Shown: in pieces, positions 11,153-20,441 of the stretch
Position numbering within the stretch: the first letter of the stretch is position 1
Layout: each line of letters begins with the position of its first letter
Assembly: GCA_029012225.1 (NCBI GenBank)
Contig: JAQXLR010000024.1
Span: forward strand, 1-58,979
Origin: Clostridiales bacterium
GTDB taxonomy: Bacteria; Bacillota; Clostridia; Lachnospirales; Lachnospiraceae
Reading direction: 5' to 3'
Length of the DNA stretch: 58,979 bases
Program-made: the position numbers and the translations under genes
Notes under the pieces: model-generated
Seen by the model: the letters and a program-made list of their open reading frames with translations, nothing else
What the model was told of the DNA's origin: nothing
Database searches by the model: none

Positions 11153-11179
11153 TTAATTTTATCAAAAATAAGCCGATAT
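11153..11179 (+). promoter_or_regulatory. sigma28 promoter for flaG-fliD-fliS
   Basis: TTAA-N15-GCCGATAT. Confidence 0.75.
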
Positions 11180-11206
11180 ACTTACTAGATAACGAAAAGA
11201 ATGAGA

Positions 11207-11222
11207 AACACAGGGAAGTGTT
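11207..11222 (+). promoter_or_regulatory. Putative CsrA-binding hairpin in the flaG leader
   Basis: Stem AACAC/GTGTT with loop AGGGAA; further GGA motifs near the SD. Confidence 0.5.
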
Positions 11223-11284
11223 GACAGAAGGCAGATTGAAAATAGAGCAGATGTCTGCCGGAGGAGGAAACGGAGGTCATAGAG

Positions 11285-11710
11285 ATGGGGATTGAGAGTG
11301 TAAAAAATGGTGCAGCAGCTGCCTATGCAAGACAGGCAGAGTCTGCGGATGTGAGAACAGAGAGCGTAGCAGGGAGCGGTGGTGCGGCCGTACAGCAGAG
11401 CATGCCGGAGGCGACAGGATACGAGAAGGCGGCTGTCACAAATGTGGGATTGAGATCGGAGGCAGAGGATGCAGCGGCTCAGCAGGCAGCAACCAATGCC
11501 AAGATGAAGAAACTGGTGGAAGAGATTAATAAGAAAGCGCCAAATTCGACTGCAATTTTTGGGGTACATGAGGCGACCAATCGTGTGACGATTAAGATTA
11601 TCGATAAGGATACAAAAGAGGTATTAAAGGAATATCCGCCGGAGAAGACATTGGACATCATCGCAAAGGTATGGGAGATGGCGGGCCTTATGGTAGATGA
11701 GAAGAGATAG
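11285..11710 (+). CDS. flaG: Flagellar protein FlaG
   Basis: C-terminal FGVHEATNRVTIKIIDKDTKEVLKEYPPEK...GLMVDEKR; upstream of fliD. Confidence 0.92.
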   Translation: MGIESVKNGAAAAYARQAESADVRTESVAGSGGAAVQQSMPEATGYEKAAVTNVGLRSEAEDAAAQQAATNAKMKKLVEEINKKAPNSTAIFGVHEATNRVTIKIIDKDTKEVLKEYPPEKTLDIIAKVWEMAGLMVDEKR

Positions 11711-11721
11711 GAGGGGATGAT

Positions 11722-13236
11722 ATGCCGATTCGTATTACGGGATTGAATTCAGGATTAGATACCGAGTCTATTATTTCTGCACTGGTATCATCTTATAGCT
11801 ACAAGACAGACAAGTACAAGCAGGCACAAACGAAGCTCTCTTGGAAGCAGGATGCGTGGAAGACATTAAACACAAAGATTTATAGCCTCTATACGGGGTT
11901 AGACAATCTGCGCTTTGACAAGAACTACAATTTAAAAAAGACGTCTGTTTCCGACCCGACGAAGGCGACTGTCAGTGCGTCAAATGCCGGGGTAAACGGC
12001 ACACAAAAGCTGAATGTTCTTTCGCTGGCTCAGACGGCATATCTTACAGGCGGCAAGCTTTCTGACGATGCCAAGGGCAGCTCGACGATGGCAGACTTGG
12101 GCTATAAGGGAGGCGCCACATCCATTACGGTGGAAAAGAAAGACGGAACCTCAACAAAGATTGATATTACAAGCGATACAAAGATTAGTGATGTTGTAAA
12201 GTCGCTTAAGGATGCCGGATTGAATGCAAGCTTTGATGAGAGCAATAAGCGCTTGTTTATCAGTGCGACAGAGACGGGAGCGGAAAATGATTTTACGCTA
12301 AAGAGCGGCAATGCTGGAGCTACTGCAGCGGATGATATCTTAAAGGCACTGAAGCTGGATGAGAGTGTGACCGGAGATGACGTACATAAGACTGCTGGAG
12401 CAGATGCTGAGATTAAGCTCAACGGTGCGACCTATACAAGCAGCAGCAATTCCTTCTCTGTCAATGGCTTGAATATCGACATACAGGGTGTCACGGGAGA
12501 TGGAGAGGACAAAGCGGTCTTAATCACGACACAGACGGATACACAGGCGATTTACGATAAGGTAAAGGACTTCCTAAAGCAGTACAATACACTGATCAAT
12601 GAGATGGCATCGCTGTATAATGCAGACTCTGCAAAGGGCTATGAGCCATTGACAGACGCGGAGCGTGAGGCGATGTCTGACAAAGAGATTGAGAAGTGGG
12701 AGACCAAGATTAAGGATGCACTTTTGCGTCGGGACGATACGCTCTCCGGCGTGATGAATGCCATGACCTCTGCGATGAGCAAGGGCGTGAGTGTAGATGG
12801 AAAGACCTACCATCTGTCTGACTTTGGGATTAAGACGCTTGGCTATCTGAATGTGGCAAAGAACGAGCAGAATGCATATCACATTGACGGAGATGCAAGT
12901 GATCCTACCGTATCCGGCAAGGAAGACAGGCTGATGAAGGCGATTACCGAGGATCCGGACACGGTGATAAGCTTTATGTCGGGTCTTGCAACAAACCTGT
13001 ATAATGCGATCGACCAGAAGATGAAGAGTACCACACTTAGCAGTGTATACACGGTATACAATGACAAGGAGATGGCTTCCGAATACAGCGATTATACCTC
13101 TCTTATCAAAAAGTGGGAGGACAAGCTGGCGAAGGAGGAGGACTATTATTATAAGAAGTTTGCAGCAATGGAATCCGCGCTTTCAAAGCTAAATTCCGAG
13201 ACCTCATCCTTGAGCAATCTGTTTGGAGGAATGTAA
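11722..13236 (+). CDS. fliD: Filament cap FliD
   Basis: ITGLNSGLDTESII N-terminus; C-terminal YYKKFAAMESALSKLNS. Confidence 0.95.
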   Translation: MPIRITGLNSGLDTESIISALVSSYSYKTDKYKQAQTKLSWKQDAWKTLNTKIYSLYTGLDNLRFDKNYNLKKTSVSDPTKATVSASNAGVNGTQKLNVLSLAQTAYLTGGKLSDDAKGSSTMADLGYKGGATSITVEKKDGTSTKIDITSDTKISDVVKSLKDAGLNASFDESNKRLFISATETGAENDFTLKSGNAGATAADDILKALKLDESVTGDDVHKTAGADAEIKLNGATYTSSSNSFSVNGLNIDIQGVTGDGEDKAVLITTQTDTQAIYDKVKDFLKQYNTLINEMASLYNADSAKGYEPLTDAEREAMSDKEIEKWETKIKDALLRRDDTLSGVMNAMTSAMSKGVSVDGKTYHLSDFGIKTLGYLNVAKNEQNAYHIDGDASDPTVSGKEDRLMKAITEDPDTVISFMSGLATNLYNAIDQKMKSTTLSSVYTVYNDKEMASEYSDYTSLIKKWEDKLAKEEDYYYKKFAAMESALSKLNSETSSLSNLFGGM

Positions 13237-13324
13237 GAAAAAGAGATATCATAGGCATGTGGCGGGAACGTTGCATGCCTTATCACACGTCCGCCACAAG
13301 GCGCACGTTGTATAGGAGGAAGCT

Positions 13325-13717
13325 ATGCTACCAAATCAAGGTTATGCGACATATGCAAATAATAAGATTATGACAGCCTCGCCTGCAGAACTGACGCTCA
13401 TGCTTTATGAGGGAGCGATTAAGTTCTGCAACATTGCAATCGTAGGAGTCGAGGCAAAGGATATTGAAAAGGCGCACAACAATATTATGAAGGTGCAGCA
13501 AATCATATGGGAATTTCAAAGCACTTTGGATCATAAATATCCTGTGGCCAAGGACTTTGATGAGGTTTATTCCTATCTGCTTTTGCGTCTGCGTGAGGCA
13601 AATGTCAAAAAGGATAAAGAGATTTTGGAGGAAGTGCTGACCCATCTTCGTACGATGCGCGATACATGGAAGGAAGTCATGCAGCTTACCAAAAACGGAA
13701 CGGAAGTTTCCAAATAA
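13325..13717 (+). CDS. fliS: Flagellin chaperone FliS
   Basis: IMTASPAELTLMLYEGAIKF; LRTMRDTWKEV. Confidence 0.95.
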   Translation: MLPNQGYATYANNKIMTASPAELTLMLYEGAIKFCNIAIVGVEAKDIEKAHNNIMKVQQIIWEFQSTLDHKYPVAKDFDEVYSYLLLRLREANVKKDKEILEEVLTHLRTMRDTWKEVMQLTKNGTEVSK

Positions 13718-13732
13718 GCCGGAGACAAAAGC

Positions 13733-14224
13733 ATGGTGATGAAGATGGAGAATAAGAACTACATAGAGATTCTCAAGCAGGATTTGAGAAAGAAGGATGA
13801 GGTGCTGGATCAGATTCTGGATGCGAACCAAAGACAGCAGGATGCACTTGAGGATCCGACCTTAGAACCGGATGCTTTTGATGCAATCGTGGAGGAGAAA
13901 GCAAAGCTGATTGAAAAATTAGAGGCATTGGATGAAGGCTTTGAGCAGATTTATGCGAGGGTACGAGATGCGCTTTGCGAAAATAGGGAGCAGTACAAAG
14001 AGGACATTAAGGAGCTGCAGGAGCTGATTCGCATCCTGACGGATAAAAATGTTCAGATTCAGGCAGGGGAGAAGAAAAACAAAGCTCTGATGACCCGAAA
14101 ATTTGCAGAGGTCAGAAAACAGGTAAGGGAAATTCGATCCAGTCAGAAGATTGTCAATCAATATTATCAGAATATGATGAAAAAGAACTTTGTGGATCCA
14201 CAGTTTTTGGATGATAAGAAGTAG
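13733..14224 (+). CDS. FlgN/FliT-like flagellar chaperone
   Basis: Helical 163 aa protein after fliS, ending YYQNM...QFLDDKK as in FlgN-family proteins; the start could be a later Met. Confidence 0.7.
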   Translation: MVMKMENKNYIEILKQDLRKKDEVLDQILDANQRQQDALEDPTLEPDAFDAIVEEKAKLIEKLEALDEGFEQIYARVRDALCENREQYKEDIKELQELIRILTDKNVQIQAGEKKNKALMTRKFAEVRKQVREIRSSQKIVNQYYQNMMKKNFVDPQFLDDKK

Positions 14225-14277
14225 AAATGCAGACTGCTGCAGGAATGCAAAGGGCGAAGCCTCTCATAAACTTACCA

Positions 14278-14305
14278 TAAAGAAAAAGCGGCATATCGCC
14301 GATAT
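14278..14305 (+). promoter_or_regulatory. sigma28 promoter upstream of the glycosylation island
   Basis: Consensus TAAA-N16-GCCGATAT. Confidence 0.8.
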
Positions 14306-14311
14306 ATAATG

Positions 14312-14401
14312 CAAAGATAGGATATCATGAAAACGCATGGAGGCGCTAATAGTCAAGAGAGAGGGAGATGACAGTGTCTGTTATTTCTCTTTTTTATTTT
14401 T
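14312..14401 (+). ncRNA. Candidate sigma28-dependent small RNA or attenuator leader with CsrA-type GGA hairpins
   Basis: Hairpins GATA-GGA-TATC (14316-26) and CGC-ATGGAG-GCG (14334-45), then a long stem (~14357-14394) and a U-tract. The 5' end is estimated from the promoter. Confidence 0.4.
14357..14401 (+). terminator. Intrinsic terminator-like hairpin
   Basis: AGAGGGAGATGACAG-TGT-CTGTTATTTCTCTTT stem (several G-U pairs) followed by TTATTTTT. Confidence 0.6.
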
Positions 14402-14431
14402 CTGTGAGCGGGCAATACGAAGGAGAATAAG

Positions 14432-16495
14432 ATGATGTACTTAGAGAAGGCATTTGAGATGGAGGAGAAAGGACATGTGGACGAAGCGGTCGCTTTGATA
14501 GAGCAAGCTTTGTCAGCCTTTCCGAAAGAAAAAGCAGTGATTCTCCTCGAAAAAGCAAAGATGGAGTTTCGAAACGGATCTTACAAAGAGGCTCTTTTGG
14601 ATTTTATAGAGAGCTATGGATACACCGGAGAGGAAGAAGTGTTTCAACTGATTTTAGAGGCGTATTATCTTCCGAATCAGGATAATTTAAAAAATACCTT
14701 TGAACGTAATTTGGAGCTGCTCTCTCGCTATCCGTATTATCACAATGAGTATGAGGGAGAAGAACGGATGGTTGCTCCAATCTGGCAGGACGAGCAGCTC
14801 ATTGTGTGTGTCAATTTTGCGTCAAGGCAATTTGCAACCAGCGAACGCAAGGAAGAAAACTATGCTGATTTGCAAGCGGAGGAGGTTGTGCTCCTTAGCA
14901 ATCAGCTTTGGATGGAAAATCTCACTGTCTGTGAAGAGAAGAGCAGGATGAAAGAGTCCTTTATGGATATGAATCTTCCTATGTATCTCGTGTTCGATCG
15001 AATTTACTGGGAGCTGTTTGCACAGCTTTATGACATCCAAACACTTTTGGAGACAAAACGAGTGGTATTTTTAGTAGGGATTCAGAGCTTGCAGAATTGG
15101 TTTTCGAATATGCAGACAATCTTTCCGACGAGAATATATTGTGGTTCTGTAAATCCATTGCATGGAGCTGTTATGACACAGATCATAAATGTTTCGTATG
15201 AGAAGATGCAGCAGCAGATGCAGGAGGCAGAAATCTATTATCGTACCTGTCTAGGTGAGATACATGGTAGAATCAGAAAGCAGACCCCGCGCGTTATGGT
15301 GTGTACGTGTCGCTTTACAACGGCATTGCAGTACCATGCAAGGGACTGTATGGAGGCGGCAAAAAGACTAGGCTGTGACGTTCGCTATCTCATAGAGGAG
15401 GATGGGCTGCATCGGATAGAACATAGATATATCATTGACGCCATTGCTCAATTTAAGCCGGATATTGTCTTAACACTGGATCATTTTCGATATGAGTATC
15501 CTCACGTCCCAAAAGAGATTGTATGGCTTACCTGGATTCAGGATCCGATGCCTCACATTATGGATCGATCAACACCGGGCAGGCTGACAGAGAGGGACAT
15601 TGTGCTAAGTCATTTTACCGGATGGAAAAAATTTGACGACATCGGATATCGGGATGTTATAGCAGCGCCGATTCCGGCAAATGCCATGATTTATAAGCCG
15701 TATTTGCTTACCGAAGAGGAGGAGGAACGCTATAGCTGCGACATTTGCCTTGTATGTCATGCGGCAGATGTAGATCGACATATTGCGGAGCAGCTGGAAG
15801 AAATACCTGACAGTCTTAAGGAGAGTGTATGTGCCATCTATAAGGGGTATGAGGCGTATGTACGTGAGACAGGAGAACTATTTTATGTGGAGGATGAGTT
15901 TGCCCTATATATTCAAGGCGCACTGGAGCAGCATTACCAGATTATGCTGCCGAAAGAGGCGCTGGAATATTTGGCGGAAGATATGAGACTCTACTTTAAC
16001 CAGAGAGTCTATCGTCAGGTTCTGGTGGACTGGATTCTTGAGGCGGGCTTTTGCAATATTAAGCTATGGGGGAATGGTTGGAGCGATATAGAAAAATATG
16101 CAGACTATGCCATGGGAGCAGCGCAGAATGGAGAAACTTTGGCTAAGATTTATCAGGCATCCAAGATTGTGATTGGCAATAATGTTACGACGACATCTGC
16201 GGCAAGGGTGTGGGAGACAATGCTAAGCGGTGGCTTTTATATGAGCAACTATATTCCGCCCGAAGCAGACATTACGGATATCCGTAAGATTGTTGAAGTG
16301 GGCAAGGATGTTGTGATGTTCCATGGCAGAGAGGATTTGGTAGAAAAACTGCAGTATTATCTTACCCGCGAGGAGGAGAGGCAGGAGATGATAAAACGAG
16401 GCAGAGAAGCGGCGCTTAAGACGATGACCTATGATGTTTTGATGGAGCGGGCGTTTGCCGAGGCGGCAAGACGCGTGGAGGAGTACGATGAGTGA
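14432..16495 (+). CDS. TPR-containing glycosyltransferase with C-terminal CgeB/Glyco_trans_1_2-like domain
   Basis: TPR-like N-terminus; C-terminal KLWGNGW...IYQASKIVIG...RVWETMLSGGFYMS...EKLQYYL. Confidence 0.75.
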   Translation: MMYLEKAFEMEEKGHVDEAVALIEQALSAFPKEKAVILLEKAKMEFRNGSYKEALLDFIESYGYTGEEEVFQLILEAYYLPNQDNLKNTFERNLELLSRYPYYHNEYEGEERMVAPIWQDEQLIVCVNFASRQFATSERKEENYADLQAEEVVLLSNQLWMENLTVCEEKSRMKESFMDMNLPMYLVFDRIYWELFAQLYDIQTLLETKRVVFLVGIQSLQNWFSNMQTIFPTRIYCGSVNPLHGAVMTQIINVSYEKMQQQMQEAEIYYRTCLGEIHGRIRKQTPRVMVCTCRFTTALQYHARDCMEAAKRLGCDVRYLIEEDGLHRIEHRYIIDAIAQFKPDIVLTLDHFRYEYPHVPKEIVWLTWIQDPMPHIMDRSTPGRLTERDIVLSHFTGWKKFDDIGYRDVIAAPIPANAMIYKPYLLTEEEEERYSCDICLVCHAADVDRHIAEQLEEIPDSLKESVCAIYKGYEAYVRETGELFYVEDEFALYIQGALEQHYQIMLPKEALEYLAEDMRLYFNQRVYRQVLVDWILEAGFCNIKLWGNGWSDIEKYADYAMGAAQNGETLAKIYQASKIVIGNNVTTTSAARVWETMLSGGFYMSNYIPPEADITDIRKIVEVGKDVVMFHGREDLVEKLQYYLTREEERQEMIKRGREAALKTMTYDVLMERAFAEAARRVEEYDE

Positions 16496-17549
16496 TAAGA
16501 TAAGAATGGATTCCCACAAGCTGATTTTTCATCCGGAGCGGGTGGCAGCGTGGAGCAGAGGAGAAAATATTTATCCGATTGAGCTGGAGGTCAGCCTGAC
16601 CAATGCCTGCAATCACAGGTGTGTATTCTGCGCTGTGGATTATACCGGCTATCAGCCAACCATGCTTGATGCAGCGATGTTTCAGGAGCGGCTTAAGGAG
16701 TTTGCAAAGAAAGGTGTCAAAAGCATCATATATGCAGGCGAAGGAGAGCCCTTATTAAATAAAAATGCGGTGGACATCATCAATGCAACAAAGAGAAATG
16801 GGATTGATGCGGCAATGTCCACAAATGGGGTGCTTTTGACACCGGAGGTGTCAAGAGAATGCCTTGCCTCGCTTACTTGGATTCGGTTTAGTACAGCGGC
16901 AATTACAGATGAGTCCTATGAGAAGATTCATCAGTGCAGAAAAGGGGATTTGCCGATTGTGCTGCACCATATGGAGGAGGCTGTTCGCGTAAAACGTGAC
17001 CAGAAGGCAGCGACAACCATTGGAGTGCAGCTTTTGCTGTTGCCCGAAAATAAGGCAGAGGTCTTACGGATGGCGCGGGAGTTAAAAAGAATCGGAGTCG
17101 ATTATTTCACGGTCAAGCCTTTTTCACACCATCCGCAGAGCAGCAATATCCTGCAGGTGGATTATCGGGAGATGCTTGATGTGGAGCGAGAGTTAAAGGC
17201 GCTTGAGTCAGAAGATTATAAAATCTATTTTCGTGCACATTCCATGGAGAAGCTCTCCTGTGCCAGAAGCTATAGCCAGTGCCTTGCCTTACCCTTTATG
17301 GTATACGTGGATGCCAAAGGGAATCTGTGGCCCTGTATCGTTTTTATGGGGAAAGAGGAGTTAAGCTACGGAAACCTGTATCAGGAAAGCTTTGAGGAGA
17401 TATGGGAGGGAGAGAGAAGAAAACAGCTGGTAGACTATTTCTCGAAGATGGATTTGGAAAAGAATTGCAGAGAGCTGTGCAGGCTGGATGAGATGAACCG
17501 CTATCTGACGGAGCTAAAGAATCCAGGAGAACATGTGAATTTTATATAG
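16488..17549 (+). CDS. Radical SAM protein with SPASM/twitch-like C-terminal domain
   Basis: CNHRCVFC motif, GEGEP, C-terminal C...PC...GNL...FEEIW...CRELC. ATG at 16488 follows GGAGGAG and overlaps the upstream stop. Confidence 0.9.
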   Translation: MSDKIRMDSHKLIFHPERVAAWSRGENIYPIELEVSLTNACNHRCVFCAVDYTGYQPTMLDAAMFQERLKEFAKKGVKSIIYAGEGEPLLNKNAVDIINATKRNGIDAAMSTNGVLLTPEVSRECLASLTWIRFSTAAITDESYEKIHQCRKGDLPIVLHHMEEAVRVKRDQKAATTIGVQLLLLPENKAEVLRMARELKRIGVDYFTVKPFSHHPQSSNILQVDYREMLDVERELKALESEDYKIYFRAHSMEKLSCARSYSQCLALPFMVYVDAKGNLWPCIVFMGKEELSYGNLYQESFEEIWEGERRKQLVDYFSKMDLEKNCRELCRLDEMNRYLTELKNPGEHVNFI

Positions 17550-17562
17550 TCGGGAGGAGTAT

Positions 17563-18390
17563 ATGCTGGAGGATATTGCAAAAGAGATCAGGAAGGACAT
17601 TATGATTGCGGCGTATCATGGCAAGTCGGGACATTTGGCATCTGCATTTTCTGCGGTGGAGATTCTGACGGCATTGTATGTTGGGGATGTTATGCGTTAC
17701 GATAAGTCGAATCCCTACTGGGAGGATAGAGATAAACTGGTTTTAAGCAAAGGGCACGCGAGTCTTGCTCTCTACAGTGTGTTAAAGAGAATCGGCTATC
17801 TCTCCGCAGAAGAGCTAAACACCTTTTGTCAGCCGGGTTCTTTGCTCGGAGGAGAGCCAAAATATGGAGATATTCCGGGCGTGGAGGCGACGACGGGATC
17901 GTTGGGACATGGGTTGTCCTTTGCGGTCGGAATCGCTATGGCAAATAAGCTGGATCGAAAAGACAGCAGAGTGTATGTGCTGCTGGGAGACGGAGAATGC
18001 CAGGAGGGCTCTGTGTGGGAGGCTGCGATGTCTGCTTCCCACCATAAGCTGGGGAATCTTACCGTCATTTTGGATCGCAATAAGCTGCAGGCGATGGGAG
18101 ATACGGAAGAGATTGTAAAGCTAAATTCCTTGGAAGAGAAATGGAGAGGCTTTGGCTGGAGCGTGCAGGAACAAGATGGTCATAATATAGAGACCATGAT
18201 AGAAGTGTTAAAAAAGGATAGGGAAGACGCAAAAGAGCAGCCACGTCTTATCATAGCCAATACAATTAAGGGAAAGGGCGTGTCCTTTATGGAGAATGTG
18301 CCAATCTGGCATTATCGTATGCCAAATGAGGAGGAGCTGCAGCTTGTGAAAAAGGAGCTGGAAATTACGGAAGAGGAGCTGCTGTCATGA
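17563..18390 (+). CDS. Transketolase, N-terminal ThDP-binding subunit
   Basis: SGHLAS, LSKGHA, TGSLGHGL, GDGECQEG...N motifs. Confidence 0.93.
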   Translation: MLEDIAKEIRKDIMIAAYHGKSGHLASAFSAVEILTALYVGDVMRYDKSNPYWEDRDKLVLSKGHASLALYSVLKRIGYLSAEELNTFCQPGSLLGGEPKYGDIPGVEATTGSLGHGLSFAVGIAMANKLDRKDSRVYVLLGDGECQEGSVWEAAMSASHHKLGNLTVILDRNKLQAMGDTEEIVKLNSLEEKWRGFGWSVQEQDGHNIETMIEVLKKDREDAKEQPRLIIANTIKGKGVSFMENVPIWHYRMPNEEELQLVKKELEITEEELLS

Positions 18391-19334
18391 GAAATACATA
18401 TTTAAGAGAGCTGTATGAGATTGCCAGAGAGGATAAGAATGTACTCTCTCTTGTTTCCGATAATGGATTGATTGTATACGATGATTTTCGAAGAGATATG
18501 CCGGAACAGTATTTTAACTTTGGTATTTCCGAGGGGCATATGGTAACGGCGGCAGCAGGTATGGCAAGCTGTGGAAAGATTCCCTTTGCTTATACGATAG
18601 GCGCGTTTCTTGCCTACCGCTCCTACGAGTTTATCCGCCTTGACATGTGCTTACAGAAGCTGAATGTAAAGCTTGTAGGGATCGGAGCGGGCGTGACATA
18701 CGGATACTTAGGACCGACGCATCACACGACAGAGGATCTTGCTGTATTAAGATGCATTCCGAATCTGACGCTGCTCTCTCCGGCAACACCAAGGGAAACA
18801 AGGGCGTTAGTACGCTATGCATATGAGACCATCGGTCCGGTCTACCTTAGAATCGGGAACAACCTTCCCAAGGAGTTATACTGTGAAGATATGGAGGTCG
18901 TACCGGGCAAGCTTAGTACTCTGCGAAAGGGAGAGGATATCGCGATACTGGCAACGGGGGAGATTCTGTATCAGGTTATGGAAGCGGCAGAGAGACTGAG
19001 TAAAAAGGGAATCGAAGCAGAGGTAATCAGCGTGCACACCATCAAGCCGTTTGATGAGCAGGGACTGTTAGAGGTGGCAAAGAAGTATGAGCACATCTAT
19101 TCTGTGGAGGAGCATTCTGTAAGCGGAGGTCTTGGCGGTCTGCTTGCAGAGACGCTTACCGCAAACGGATGCCGGAACAGATTGGCTCGGATTGGTCTGG
19201 ACGGATGCTTTGCAAAGGGTTATGGAACCCCCATACAGGTCTTAACAGCCAACGGATTGGACGCAGAAGGAATTTATCAAAAAATTATAAATGGTTTGGA
19301 GCAGAGAGAAGGATGGAAGAAAAATATATATTAG
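18387..19334 (+). CDS. Transketolase, C-terminal subunit
   Basis: FNFGISEGHM, GPTHHTTED, IKPFD, VEEHSVSGGLG; ATGA overlap with the N-terminal subunit. Confidence 0.93.
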   Translation: MRNTYLRELYEIAREDKNVLSLVSDNGLIVYDDFRRDMPEQYFNFGISEGHMVTAAAGMASCGKIPFAYTIGAFLAYRSYEFIRLDMCLQKLNVKLVGIGAGVTYGYLGPTHHTTEDLAVLRCIPNLTLLSPATPRETRALVRYAYETIGPVYLRIGNNLPKELYCEDMEVVPGKLSTLRKGEDIAILATGEILYQVMEAAERLSKKGIEAEVISVHTIKPFDEQGLLEVAKKYEHIYSVEEHSVSGGLGGLLAETLTANGCRNRLARIGLDGCFAKGYGTPIQVLTANGLDAEGIYQKIINGLEQREGWKKNIY

Positions 19335-20422
19335 ATGGAAGCAAGGTATTGTGGCATCAGGAAAGATTAAAGGAGTGGGATTATGGGAATGGTCGAGTAG
19401 CACCAATTACCATAGATTGTGCACTCACAACAAAGTGCAGTTATCGTTGTGTGTATTGTTATGGGAAGATGCAATGCATCAATCAATCGGACAATATGGA
19501 TAAAGAAACAATCTTTCACTTTTTAGAGGATGCAGCAGAAATAGGTGTAAAGGCGGTCAGCTTTGTGAGCGATGGAGAGAGTACCTGTAATCCGCATATG
19601 AAGGATGCCATTGTGCACGGCTATGAGATAGGCTTAGATATGGCTCTTGGAACGAACGGATATTTGTTAAGAGATGAAGAACTAGAGGAAATGTTACCTT
19701 GCCTTACCTATTTGCGGTTTAATATTTCGGCAGGCGAGGCAGATAGATATGCTTATATTCATGGCTGTTCCGAGAAATGCTATCATAAAGTAGTGGATAC
19801 CATTAAGTTAGCAGTTAAGATAAAAGAGGAAAAGAAATTAAAGACTACAATTGGACTGCAGATGGTGCTCATGCCTGAGTTCGAGGATCAAATTATACCA
19901 TTAGCAAAGCTTGGAAAAGAACTGGGAGTTGACTATCTGGTAATCAAGCATTGCAGTGATGACGAAGAGGGGACGTTGGGGGTAGATTACAGCAAATATG
20001 AATCTATGGCAGAAAAATTAAGAGAAGCAGAAGCCTATTCGACAGAAACCTATCAAGTGACCGCAAAATGGTCAAAGATTTTAAGTCAAGGGAAGAAAAG
20101 ATATTGCAAGTGCTTTGGAGCGCCGCTTTTGCTGCAAATATCCGGAACCGGCTTGGTTGCACCCTGTGGAATGTTTTTCAATGAGAAATATAAAAAGTAT
20201 CATATTGGAAATATCAAGGAAACGAGATTTAAAGATATTTGGAACAGCGATCGCTATTGGGAAGTGATGAAATCTTTGACAGCCGACAGTTTTGACCCGA
20301 ATAAGGAGTGTGGAACTTTGTGTCTGCAGCACAAGACAAATGAGGTTTTATGGGAGATTTATAATAAGCATGAGATACCAAGTCCTGTTGGGGAGAAGCC
20401 AAATCATATGAACTTTATATAA
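19313..20422 (+). CDS. Radical SAM protein with SPASM/twitch-like domain (paralog of 16488)
   Basis: CSYRCVYC, C-terminal C...APC...GNI...FKDIW...CGTLC. Start placed at MEEKY by alignment with the paralog. Confidence 0.9.
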   Translation: MEEKYILDGSKVLWHQERLKEWDYGNGRVAPITIDCALTTKCSYRCVYCYGKMQCINQSDNMDKETIFHFLEDAAEIGVKAVSFVSDGESTCNPHMKDAIVHGYEIGLDMALGTNGYLLRDEELEEMLPCLTYLRFNISAGEADRYAYIHGCSEKCYHKVVDTIKLAVKIKEEKKLKTTIGLQMVLMPEFEDQIIPLAKLGKELGVDYLVIKHCSDDEEGTLGVDYSKYESMAEKLREAEAYSTETYQVTAKWSKILSQGKKRYCKCFGAPLLLQISGTGLVAPCGMFFNEKYKKYHIGNIKETRFKDIWNSDRYWEVMKSLTADSFDPNKECGTLCLQHKTNEVLWEIYNKHEIPSPVGEKPNHMNFI

Positions 20423-20441
20423 ATAGGCTGAGGGAAGTAGT

